Below are positions 9,802-18,503 of a stretch of DNA of 64,000 nucleotides, in pieces. The notes below the pieces were generated by a model. That model saw only the letters and a program-made list of their open reading frames with translations. It searched no databases and was not told the DNA's origin. Position 1 is the first letter of the stretch. Every line of letters begins with the position of its first letter. Where the stretch lies: the NCBI GenBank assembly GCA_965214935.1, contig CBDCCS010000022.1, forward strand, positions 544,001 through 608,000, in the 5' to 3' direction. This stretch comes from Candidatus Velthaea sp. GTDB taxonomy: Bacteria; Vulcanimicrobiota; Vulcanimicrobiia; Vulcanimicrobiales; Vulcanimicrobiaceae. A program made the position numbers and the translations under genes.

Positions 9802-11313
9802 GTGAAGCGCCACTATGTCGCAGTCGATCTCGGCGCCGAGACGGGACGCGTCGTGATCGGCGGCGTCGGCGACGACGGCATCGGCTTAACCGAAGTGCAT
9901 CGCTTCGCCAATACGCCGGTGCGGACGCCGGACGGACTGCATTGGAACGTGCTCGGACTTTACGACGAGGTCGTTCGCGGCCTGGAGCGCGCCGTCGCGA
10001 CCGCCGACACCGAGATTGCGTCGATCGGCGTCGATTCGTGGGGTGTCGACTACGGCTTATTCGATGCGGCCGGCCGCATGTTCGGCAATCCGTATCATTA
10101 CCGCGATGCGCGAACCGACGGTACGCGAGCCGCTTATGCCGCGCTCGTCTCACCCGCCCAGCAATACGCGCGCACCGGGATCGCGCAAATGTCGATCAAC
10201 ACGCTGTACCAACTCGTCGTGCAGATGCAGACCGGCGGTCTGCCCGCAGATACCGCTGCGTTTCTCATGATTCCGGACATCATGCACTATTGGCTGACGG
10301 GCATTCGGACGACGGAATCGAGTAACGCGAGTACGACCGGCTTGCTCGCAATCGACGGCACGTGGGCCGACGACTTACTCGCCGCCGCAGGTTTACCGCG
10401 CGCGATCTTCAGCGCGCCGGCCGAACCGGCAACGCGCTTAGGGCCGTTGCGTCAGACGCTCGACGGTTCGCGCCTTCGCGCTCTTCAGGTGGTCGTTCCG
10501 GCAACCCACGATACCGCATGTGCGGTGATTGCCGCACCATTGCACGTCGCGCCGGCCGGTTGCGTGTGTGCCTTCATTTCGTCGGGGACCTGGTCGCTGC
10601 TCGGTTTGGAACTGAGCGCACCGATTGTTGCCGAAGCGGCGCGACTGGCCGGCTTTACCAACGAACGCGGCGTTGCCGGCAGCACGCGCTTCCTGCGCAA
10701 CATCATGGGATTGTGGCTCGTTCAAGAATGCCGCCGTTCGTGGCGCCGCGACGGGACGGAGTACAGCTACGACGACCTTACCACGCGCGCGGCCCGCATG
10801 GCGTCGCCCGACCTCATCGTCGACGTCGATGACCCCGCACTGCTGCATCCGGACGATATGCCGGCGGCGATCCGCGCGCAGTTTGCCGAGTGTGCATCGG
10901 GTGCCGGCAGCGATCCGGTCGTGCTGATTCGCGCGATCTTCGAGGGGCTGGCGTCGGCATACCGCCGCTCGATCGCCGACCTCGAACGGCTGACGGGACA
11001 GCGCGTCGGCGCGATTGCCGTCGTCGGAGGCGGTGCGCGCAATGCGCTGCTCTGCCAGCTTACCGCCGACGCGTGTCAATGCGTCGTCTATGCCGGACCG
11101 GCCGAAGCCAGCGCCACCGGCAACATCCTCGTTCAAGCCGTCGCCGATCGCGCACTCTCCAACCTGCGCCAGATCCGCGACTTCATCAAAACGACGAGCC
11201 GGCCGGATATCTTCGAGCCGCGCGCCGGCGGCGGTATCGATTGGGCGGAGCGCGACGCGCGTCTGACCGACCGGCGCGTGACGCAGACGTACGCTGCGGT
11301 ACGCGAACGCTAA
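9802..11313 (+). CDS. rhaB: Rhamnulokinase (FGGY family)
   Basis: VAVDLGAETGR, GVDSWGVDYGL, YRDART, THDTA, ISSGTWSLLG, FTNE, NIMGLWLVQEC. Confidence 0.92.
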   Translation: MKRHYVAVDLGAETGRVVIGGVGDDGIGLTEVHRFANTPVRTPDGLHWNVLGLYDEVVRGLERAVATADTEIASIGVDSWGVDYGLFDAAGRMFGNPYHYRDARTDGTRAAYAALVSPAQQYARTGIAQMSINTLYQLVVQMQTGGLPADTAAFLMIPDIMHYWLTGIRTTESSNASTTGLLAIDGTWADDLLAAAGLPRAIFSAPAEPATRLGPLRQTLDGSRLRALQVVVPATHDTACAVIAAPLHVAPAGCVCAFISSGTWSLLGLELSAPIVAEAARLAGFTNERGVAGSTRFLRNIMGLWLVQECRRSWRRDGTEYSYDDLTTRAARMASPDLIVDVDDPALLHPDDMPAAIRAQFAECASGAGSDPVVLIRAIFEGLASAYRRSIADLERLTGQRVGAIAVVGGGARNALLCQLTADACQCVVYAGPAEASATGNILVQAVADRALSNLRQIRDFIKTTSRPDIFEPRAGGGIDWAERDARLTDRRVTQTYAAVRER

Positions 11314-11352
11314 GCGCTCGCGTCGATAGCATCGATCTCGAAAGGATCTTGC

Positions 11353-12111
11353 ATGTTCGATCTTCGTGGACGTACCGCACTCTTGACCGGCGGAGGGCGC
11401 GGCTTAGGCCTCGCGATGGCACGCGCGCTGGGCGAGCACGGGGCGCGGCTCATGCTCATGGATCGCGAAGAAGCGACGCTGGACGCTGCCGCCGGCGAAC
11501 TAACCGCTGCGGGGTTCGAGGTTCGCAGTTGCACCGGCGACGTGACGGTTCCGGCCGATACGGTTCGGGCGGTCGATGCAATGCGCGCCGCGTGGGGCCG
11601 GGTGGACATCGGCATCTGCAACGCCGGAATTTCCGGTAACGAAGCAGCCGAAGACGTTACGCTCGAACGCTGGAACGCAATAATGGGCGTTAATTTAACC
11701 GGAGTATTCTTTACCGCGCAAGCATGCGCGCGCGCGATGATCGAACAGCGCAGCGGCTCGATCGTCGCCATCGCGTCGATGTCGGGCTTCATCGTCAACG
11801 TGCCGCAGGAACAATCCGTGTATAACATCTCCAAAGCCGGAGTGATCATGGCCACCAAGAGTCTCGCCTCGGAGTGGGCGGAATACGGCATTCGCGTCAA
11901 TGCCATCGCGCCCGGTTACATGCGGACGGCAATGACGGCCGCGTCGCTGGCGGACCCCGAGCGCGGCGGCGCTTGGCTGGCCGCAACGCCGATGAACCGG
12001 CCGGGTGAACCGCACGAACTCGGCGGCGCGGTGGTGTACCTGGCTTCCGATGCGTCGAGCTTCGTTACCGGCCACACGCTTGTCGTTGACGGCGGTTATA
12101 CGGTGCGCTAA
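11353..12111 (+). CDS. SDR oxidoreductase, polyol dehydrogenase/ketose reductase-like
   Basis: TGGGRGLG, CNAGI, IASMSGFIVNVPQEQSVYNISKAGV (YxxxK; motif typical of sorbose/arabinitol-type SDRs), PGYMRT. Confidence 0.85.
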   Translation: MFDLRGRTALLTGGGRGLGLAMARALGEHGARLMLMDREEATLDAAAGELTAAGFEVRSCTGDVTVPADTVRAVDAMRAAWGRVDIGICNAGISGNEAAEDVTLERWNAIMGVNLTGVFFTAQACARAMIEQRSGSIVAIASMSGFIVNVPQEQSVYNISKAGVIMATKSLASEWAEYGIRVNAIAPGYMRTAMTAASLADPERGGAWLAATPMNRPGEPHELGGAVVYLASDASSFVTGHTLVVDGGYTVR

Positions 12112-12235
12112 CTATTCGCAACGGCGGCGCTCACCGAGGCGTCGTTAAGCACGCGCGTTGTTCCCGAACGGCCCTATTACCGGCGGCATTAATTGTTTAA
12201 TCTGTTTTTTTAACCGAGCACGCGGACATCGTTAG

Positions 12236-13279
12236 ATGGGCCGCAATGCACGACTTACAAAGCTAGCCGCGACGGTGGATGGATTGGATGCACGCGTTGG
12301 TTTAGAAGACGATGCTTCGCGCGTTACAGAATCATTTGTGCCAGTGCAGTCTCACGCGCAAGAAATCGCCGCGATCGTCGCCTGCGTGCCGGCGGATTGC
12401 CGAGAGTCCGCCGCTTGGGCCGTTCCGCTGTTGGTTGCAACGGCGCGCTCCGGCGGCATCACGCATCCGCGCCGAATTGCCTATCTTCTCGCAACGGCCG
12501 AACAGGGTTCGGGTTTCGGCGCTCGGATGGTGCAAACATCCGCAGTAGACGCGCAATTAGCCGAAGACCAACGCTTCTGCGGCCGCGGGTTCGTGTATGT
12601 GAGCGGGCGCGCGCAGTATGCCGCGTGGTCGCAGCGGTTGGGTTTGCCCGACTGCATCGTGGATGACACGCGACTTCCGAATCTGGTCGCCGATCCCGAC
12701 GCGATGGCGCGGCCATCGATCGCCGCGCGCACGCTCGTTCGCGGTATGCGCGACGGCCTTTTCACCGGTGCCGCCTTGGGCTATTACGTCAATGCGAAGA
12801 AAACCGATTATTACAATGCTCGGCGCGTCATTGACGGAACGTCGCACGCCCGAGAAGTCGCCGCGTCCGCCGTGCTCTATCAAACGGCGATCGAACGGAT
12901 CGCCGCCGACCGGCACCGCGAGTTCTTAGCTGAAGTCACCGGGCGGCGGGCCGTGAGCGCCACCCGCGACATTCTCAACGATGTCCGCGAGGCCGTCGAG
13001 CGGCTCGCCTTGCGCGGTGAGATGCTCGCACGACCGCTCGAAGTTTTGAAGTGGACGGGCGAAGCACGCCAAGGTAAATTCGTTCAACTCGACGAGCAGA
13101 CGTGCGCGCTGCATATGGGCCGCGGCGTGTATGTCGAGTTGGATATCGCACGCGATCTGCACGGCGTCGTTCCGCCCGAAGGCCAGAATATGGCGCTCAA
13201 GCGGTCGGGCATCATTCGGCCGACGTTGGGCAGCGGGCGCAGCGACTACCCGTCGCACCGCATCGTTTACGATCCGTAA
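12236..13279 (+). CDS. GH19/lysozyme-like domain (catalytic acids apparently lost) plus C-terminal beta-rich KfrB-like module
   Basis: IAYLLATAE, CGRGFV, NLVADPD, GMRDGLFTG, DYYNARRVIDG match GH19-like endolysins; C-terminus GKFVQL...LHMGRG...VPPEGQ. Confidence 0.7.
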   Translation: MGRNARLTKLAATVDGLDARVGLEDDASRVTESFVPVQSHAQEIAAIVACVPADCRESAAWAVPLLVATARSGGITHPRRIAYLLATAEQGSGFGARMVQTSAVDAQLAEDQRFCGRGFVYVSGRAQYAAWSQRLGLPDCIVDDTRLPNLVADPDAMARPSIAARTLVRGMRDGLFTGAALGYYVNAKKTDYYNARRVIDGTSHAREVAASAVLYQTAIERIAADRHREFLAEVTGRRAVSATRDILNDVREAVERLALRGEMLARPLEVLKWTGEARQGKFVQLDEQTCALHMGRGVYVELDIARDLHGVVPPEGQNMALKRSGIIRPTLGSGRSDYPSHRIVYDP

Positions 13280-14772
13280 ACGCACGTCCCGTCCGACCAG
13301 GTTTGCAGAACGCGCAAACCGCCGAATGATGCGCGGGCGAACGGATCGCCGTCGAGCAGAATGAAATCGGCGGCTTGTCCGAGCGCGAGCGCACCGGTTT
13401 GCCTTTCGGCATGACCGAAGCGCGCCGCCGCGTAGGTGTACATGGTCAGCGCTTCGCCGGTGTCGAGGCGTTCGGCCGGAGTGTGATGATTGAGCGCGGC
13501 GTGCAAACCGGCTAGCGGCGAGAGCGCGCAAACCGGACTATCATCGCCGCCGGCCACGATCGCGCCGGCGGTCAGAGCGGTTTTGAGCCGGTTCATCCCC
13601 CGCGAACGTTCGATACCTAAGCGACGTTCGTACATGCCGCCCGGCCCGCCCCAGGCCGCATCGAACTGCGGCTGCATCGAGAGAAAAATGCCCAGCCGCG
13701 CGCAGCGTTCGATCTGATCGATCCGAGCCAACTCGAAGTGCTCGATGAAATGACGGCCGGTCGGACTCGGCCGGCCGTCCAACACGCGCTCCCACATCGC
13801 CAGACACTGTTCGATCGCCCGATCGCCGATCGCGTGCACGCCGGCCGATACTCCGAGCCGTTCGGCCGCCACGAAATACCGTTCGACGTCGGCATCGGAA
13901 TGCATGAGCACGCCCGAGCTTGCGACATGGCAATACGGCGCGCTAAGAGCAGCCGTAGCACTGCCGATCGACCCGTCGAGAAACACGTCGCCGCCGACGT
14001 ACGGCAGGCCTAAGTCGGCAGCGATGTGCGGCGCGAGCGCGCAAACTTTCGGATGCCACTTCGCGGCGCCGGCCGCCGGCAGGGTCGCGATTTCGGCCCG
14101 ATACGCGGCGGTATCGCCGAGGCCCACAAGCTGGACGTGCAGATGCAACGCGCCCTGCGACAGCGCCAGCGTGGCCGCCCGCCGGTCGGCGGCGCGCTTT
14201 TCGCCTACCGGCAGCCCGCCGATGACGGCGACTTGCGCGCGCCAATTGGCTTCGAGAAAGAGCCGGCCCGTCGGTTCACCCGCGGCGTCACGCTCGATGC
14301 CCGTCAACGCCGGATCGAGATCGGCGTAGGCAAGCGCCGCCCGGCTCAGCAGCGCGCTATGTCCGTCGACCCGGACGAGCATCGCAATCCGATCGCCGTG
14401 GGTCGCATCGAGGACTGCCGGATCGGCAGTGCGGCCGTCGTCCCACAGCGCATCGTCATAGTTGCCCGCAATGACGAACGCCGTACGTGGTAACGCGGCG
14501 ACGCGGGCGGCGAACGTTGCCGCGTCACGCACTGCGGAGAAGTCGCGATCGCCGGCTTTGAGGCCGGTATCGGTAAGGTGGACGTGACAATCGGCAAACG
14601 CCGGGACGATCGTCGCGCCGTCGAGCGCAATCCGCTCGACTCCGGCACCGATTGCAGCGGCGCTTAGCCCGGCGACCGTGGTGCCGTCGACGACGAGTGC
14701 GTCGTGCCGTGCCCATTGCCTGCGTCCCGGTTCGTACGCATAAACGGCACCGCCGGTAAACGCTCGCAGCAT
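13267..14772 (-). CDS. Amidohydrolase family 3 (YtcJ-like)
   Basis: DCHVH, DGH, FLDGSIGSATA, HAIGD, IEH, SMQP, ADFILLD. Confidence 0.88.
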   Translation of the reverse strand: MLRAFTGGAVYAYEPGRRQWARHDALVVDGTTVAGLSAAAIGAGVERIALDGATIVPAFADCHVHLTDTGLKAGDRDFSAVRDAATFAARVAALPRTAFVIAGNYDDALWDDGRTADPAVLDATHGDRIAMLVRVDGHSALLSRAALAYADLDPALTGIERDAAGEPTGRLFLEANWRAQVAVIGGLPVGEKRAADRRAATLALSQGALHLHVQLVGLGDTAAYRAEIATLPAAGAAKWHPKVCALAPHIAADLGLPYVGGDVFLDGSIGSATAALSAPYCHVASSGVLMHSDADVERYFVAAERLGVSAGVHAIGDRAIEQCLAMWERVLDGRPSPTGRHFIEHFELARIDQIERCARLGIFLSMQPQFDAAWGGPGGMYERRLGIERSRGMNRLKTALTAGAIVAGGDDSPVCALSPLAGLHAALNHHTPAERLDTGEALTMYTYAAARFGHAERQTGALALGQAADFILLDGDPFARASFGGLRVLQTWSDGTCVYGS

Positions 14773-14844
14773 GATCGGTATGCCCTTCGCGGCGCCTGCG
14801 GCGACTCATGGCCGGTGACAGGCACGGTCACCGTACGCGCGCAA

Positions 14845-16026
14845 ATGCGTGCCGTGATGCGCGTTCTTACAGGTATTGCGACCGGGTTCTTGTTCGGCTA
14901 CGCGGCAGTGCGGCTCCGCACGGCCTGGATCGACCGGCAGACGCCGTTCGCCACCATTGCAACGGCCGATCCCAAGGCCTACGGCGCAGCGCGGCGCGGG
15001 CTTTTGCTGGCCGGAACCGCGCGCGGCATCGCGTCGCTCGTCACGACGTCGTTCGTCATTGCTCCGGCTCTGGAACGCGCGCTCGACGGGTGGCCGCGGC
15101 CCTTACGCGTGCCGGCGTTCGTCGCCGCGCTGACGCTACTCGACGGCTTACGCGATCTATCCGCCGACTATGTCGAAAGCCACCTGATGGAACGAACGTA
15201 CGGAACGTCGGATCAAACGGCACCGGCCTGGGCCGCCGATCACGCGAAAGCCGCCGGAATCGGCCTTGCCGTATCGATGCTCTTGATGTCCGGCGGCGAA
15301 CTGGCGGTACGCAAAGCGCCGCAACGGTGGCCCTGGATCGCCGTCGGCGCCGCTCCGCTCTTACTGACGCTGGCAAATGTTATCGCGCCGACGTTCATCA
15401 TGCCGCTATTCAACACGTATACGCCGTTGCAAGGCGAACTCGAGCGGCGCATCCGCGAACTTGCGGCCCGGTACGGTGCCGGCGATGCTTCGATCTTGCG
15501 CTTCGATATGAGCCGCCAAACTAAGAAAGCCAACGCATTCGTTACCGGAGTTTTCGGTACGAAGCGCATCGTGCTCGCCGATACGCTCATTGAAAAGTTC
15601 GCCGACGATGAAACGCTCTTCGTCGTCGCACACGAACTCGGTCACTACGTTCGGCGCGACCCGTGGCTCTCGATCGCGCTGGGCACGGCCTTCATCGCCG
15701 CCACCATCGGCGCGGGCAACGTCGCATTGCGGCGTGCCGGACGGCGGTTGGAAACGCTCACCGACGGCACGCGCTTCGCATTATACACGACGCTCTTCTC
15801 AACGCTCGGATCGCCGTTGCTCGCCGCCTTGTCGCGGGCCGTCGAACGCCGCGCCGACCGGTTTGCGATTGCCGCGACGCACGACCCGCAGAGCGGAGCG
15901 CGCGCGTTTCGGCGCTTGCGCGAACAAAATTTAGCCGAAGACGAGCAGCCGAAATGGGCCGAGCTGCTCTTTTCCTCGCATCCTTCACTCAAAAGCCGGA
16001 TCGAGCGGCTCGAGGCTGCGACCTGA
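14845..16026 (+). CDS. M48 family membrane zinc metallopeptidase (Ste24/HtpX-like)
   Basis: TM helices, PLFN, NAFVTG...KRIVLADTL, HELGH, ERRADRFA, SHP; start moved to ATG 14845. Confidence 0.9.
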   Translation: MRAVMRVLTGIATGFLFGYAAVRLRTAWIDRQTPFATIATADPKAYGAARRGLLLAGTARGIASLVTTSFVIAPALERALDGWPRPLRVPAFVAALTLLDGLRDLSADYVESHLMERTYGTSDQTAPAWAADHAKAAGIGLAVSMLLMSGGELAVRKAPQRWPWIAVGAAPLLLTLANVIAPTFIMPLFNTYTPLQGELERRIRELAARYGAGDASILRFDMSRQTKKANAFVTGVFGTKRIVLADTLIEKFADDETLFVVAHELGHYVRRDPWLSIALGTAFIAATIGAGNVALRRAGRRLETLTDGTRFALYTTLFSTLGSPLLAALSRAVERRADRFAIAATHDPQSGARAFRRLREQNLAEDEQPKWAELLFSSHPSLKSRIERLEAAT

Positions 16027-16701
16027 GCTCCGGTCGAGCCAGCCGACCAGCGGCGCCGTCGCGCGCATTGCAGCGAGCAGCACGGCAATCGGATTAGCGC
16101 CGGTTAATTCACGGTCGGTCAGAGCGCGGCGCGCGATGAAACGCCGTGCACGGATAAATTCGCCCCGCGGATGATCCGCGTCGAAGCCGCGCGGCATGCG
16201 CACCAGCGGATCGGTATCGAGCGGCAGATACGGGCCGAGCGCTTTACTCGCCAGCAACCGCGTGAAGTGCGAATCGTCGTCGCCGACACGGCGTCGCAGA
16301 TCCGCTAACACGGGTTTTTGCGGGAGATAGATGCCTGCGGCGAACAAGCTCTTGCCACCGGGCTCGAGCGAAATGTAATAACCGGGCGTCATTCCGCGCC
16401 GGCCGTTTGCGGACATAAATGCCGACAGCGCCGTTTTATACGGGGTCTTATCGTGTCCGAAGCGCGTGTCGCGGTAAATACGAAACGTGCACTCACGCGG
16501 CTCGACGCGCGCAAAGCGTTCGTCGAGTGTTACCGCCGCAATCAGCAATGCGGCGACGAATTCCTCGAATTGCGGTTTGATCGCCGCATCGTAAGCCGCT
16601 CGATGGTCGGCAAACCAAGCACGATCGTTGTTTTTTGCAAGCGCGCGCAGAAACGTAAAGGCCGCCGGAACATCGAGCGGCGACGCTGGGACGCGGCTCA
16701 C
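15985..16701 (-). CDS. DUF2461 (TIGR02453) family protein
   Basis: FLRALAKNNDRAWF, FRIYRDTRFGHDKTPYK, GYY, PRGFDADHP; start uncertain (GTG 16701). Confidence 0.88.
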   Translation of the reverse strand: MSRVPASPLDVPAAFTFLRALAKNNDRAWFADHRAAYDAAIKPQFEEFVAALLIAAVTLDERFARVEPRECTFRIYRDTRFGHDKTPYKTALSAFMSANGRRGMTPGYYISLEPGGKSLFAAGIYLPQKPVLADLRRRVGDDDSHFTRLLASKALGPYLPLDTDPLVRMPRGFDADHPRGEFIRARRFIARRALTDRELTGANPIAVLLAAMRATAPLVGWLDRSSGRSLEPLDPAFE

Positions 16702-16795
16702 GTTGCGCCGTTGCGCGAGCCGGTAAGCTGCTGTAACGGGAGAGTCATTTCGGCCGATTCGCTTTGGACGGTCGTTCGGCGGGAATCGACCGCGC

Positions 16796-17008
16796 ATGCG
16801 TTACAAATCGATTTTCTCAATATCATTCGATGCCGACGACGATGCAGCCGCAGCGAAAGTCGCTCACATGCATCACGAGCAAGTTCGTGAAGATTTGCAA
16901 ATCGAAGGCGCCGACCATCCGTTTGAGATTACGCTCGAAGAATTGCTTGAAATCAAATCGTCGGCCACCCGTTCGGTGCTGGCGGGACCCACGAAGCGGA
17001 CGATTTAA
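16796..17008 (+). CDS. Small hypothetical protein (70 aa)
   Basis: Fills the gap between DUF2461 and folK-folE2; protein-like acidic composition, not Arg-rich shadow sequence. Confidence 0.55.
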   Translation: MRYKSIFSISFDADDDAAAAKVAHMHHEQVREDLQIEGADHPFEITLEELLEIKSSATRSVLAGPTKRTI

Positions 17009-18495
17009 CGTTGCCCGGCACTCACGACCGGCGACGGTCGTGCGCCTAACCACGTCGCCAGATCGGTTTTTTCCTCGCCGCGAGGAGCGTCGTCGCGAAG
17101 CTCGCGCCGTAACTCACCGAACGATCCGAAGGCCTCGGCGAATGCATCGTGTTTATGTATCGACTCATAATTAATTTGCGTTGCGGAAATGAATGTTTCG
17201 TCGGGAAAATCCGCATAAACGTCGAGTGCGCGAGCTAAGATTCCGCGCACCACGTCTTCGACGAACTTCGGATTGTGATGTGCTTTGTTGACGATATAGA
17301 ACTCGTCGGGCCGCTTGAGCAGGTCGTACGTTTCGCTCGACATCGAAGCTTCGACGATCTCGACGAGATCTTCGGCTCTCAAATCCGGCTGTTTGTCGGG
17401 CGTCGTGCCGACGAGGACCGAACCGCGTCCGCGTTGATTGTGCGTCGCGACCGGCAGCGCATCGAGCGCGCGTTTGGCGTCGGCTGCGCTAAAACCGACA
17501 TCGATGAGTTCGCGCATCGAATGTTCGCGCACCATCAATTGCGCGCACGGACAAGCCGTCATCCCTTCGGCTTCGACGCCGACAACACGGCGCGTGCCGC
17601 GCGCATCGGCATGCGCGATACCGACGAGCGTGTACATCTCTTGGGTTCGTTTACCGCTGACCGGCGTCCAGCGCTCGAGCCCGAAATCCGCGCGCAAACG
17701 CACGTCGGCGCGTAAGGCGCCTTGCGAACCGACGATCTCGCGAGCGATGCGTTCGACCAAGTCTTCCATGCGCGACGGTTGATCGGCGCGCGCTAGAACA
17801 TCGAGGGTCGCAGCCTCGAGCAATTCGGAAAAACGCGACATGTGAACGCCGGATTTATCGGCGCTAAGATCGGCGACCATCGTGAAATCGCCGTTGAAAA
17901 GCCGTTCGGCGCCGTCGATGTTGAGCCGAATGATGTGCTTGACGGACGATACGCCGACGCGATTGAGCGATAGCCGCACGTCCGGTTCTTCTTCTTGCCG
18001 GTTCGCGAAGAAGTGCATCGCACGCTGCTTCTTCGCGATGCCCGACGACGGCGACGCAGCGGCAAGCGCGGCAATCGACCGGTGCAAGCGCGGATCGACG
18101 AGGTCGCCGGCAATTTCAGCCAGCGGAATGAGGTTGAACGGCCGTTCGGCGATATGCGGATACGGTATCTCGAAGCGCCCGAAGTCGGCGACGACATCGT
18201 CAAAATACAGGATGTCGATGTCGATCGGACGTGCACCGAGTTCGTGCGTGCGCTGCCGGCCCACTGCGACTTCGACGCTGCGCAGAGCCGACTCGAACGG
18301 TTGCGGCTCGAGCCTCGTCGTCAGCCTTGCGGCGATGTTGAGAAAGGCCGGACCGGCAACGCCGACCGGCGGCGTCTCGTAGTACGACGATACGGTGTGA
18401 ATCTCGGCGAACGAACGCAATTTCTGCAAGGCTTGTAAGATCGAACTCTGACGGTCTCCGAGGTTCGAGCCGGCGCCGATGTAAACCGTGTGCAT
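17005..18495 (-). CDS. folK-folE2: Fusion of HPPK (FolK) and GTP cyclohydrolase of the FolE2/MptA family
   Basis: N-term YIGAGSNLGDR, SSYYET, FLN, RPIDIDIL; C-term GVHMSRF, GMTACPCA, THNQRG, LLKRPDE, NPKFVEDVVR, ESIHKHDA. Confidence 0.9.
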   Translation of the reverse strand: MHTVYIGAGSNLGDRQSSILQALQKLRSFAEIHTVSSYYETPPVGVAGPAFLNIAARLTTRLEPQPFESALRSVEVAVGRQRTHELGARPIDIDILYFDDVVADFGRFEIPYPHIAERPFNLIPLAEIAGDLVDPRLHRSIAALAAASPSSGIAKKQRAMHFFANRQEEEPDVRLSLNRVGVSSVKHIIRLNIDGAERLFNGDFTMVADLSADKSGVHMSRFSELLEAATLDVLARADQPSRMEDLVERIAREIVGSQGALRADVRLRADFGLERWTPVSGKRTQEMYTLVGIAHADARGTRRVVGVEAEGMTACPCAQLMVREHSMRELIDVGFSAADAKRALDALPVATHNQRGRGSVLVGTTPDKQPDLRAEDLVEIVEASMSSETYDLLKRPDEFYIVNKAHHNPKFVEDVVRGILARALDVYADFPDETFISATQINYESIHKHDAFAEAFGSFGELRRELRDDAPRGEEKTDLATWLGARPSPVVSAGQR

Positions 18496-18503
18496 GCTTG
18501 CAT

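Noticed and set aside
12236..13279. Prophage lysis cassette
   Set aside because: No holin, spanin, structural or integrase genes nearby; the flanks are metabolic genes.
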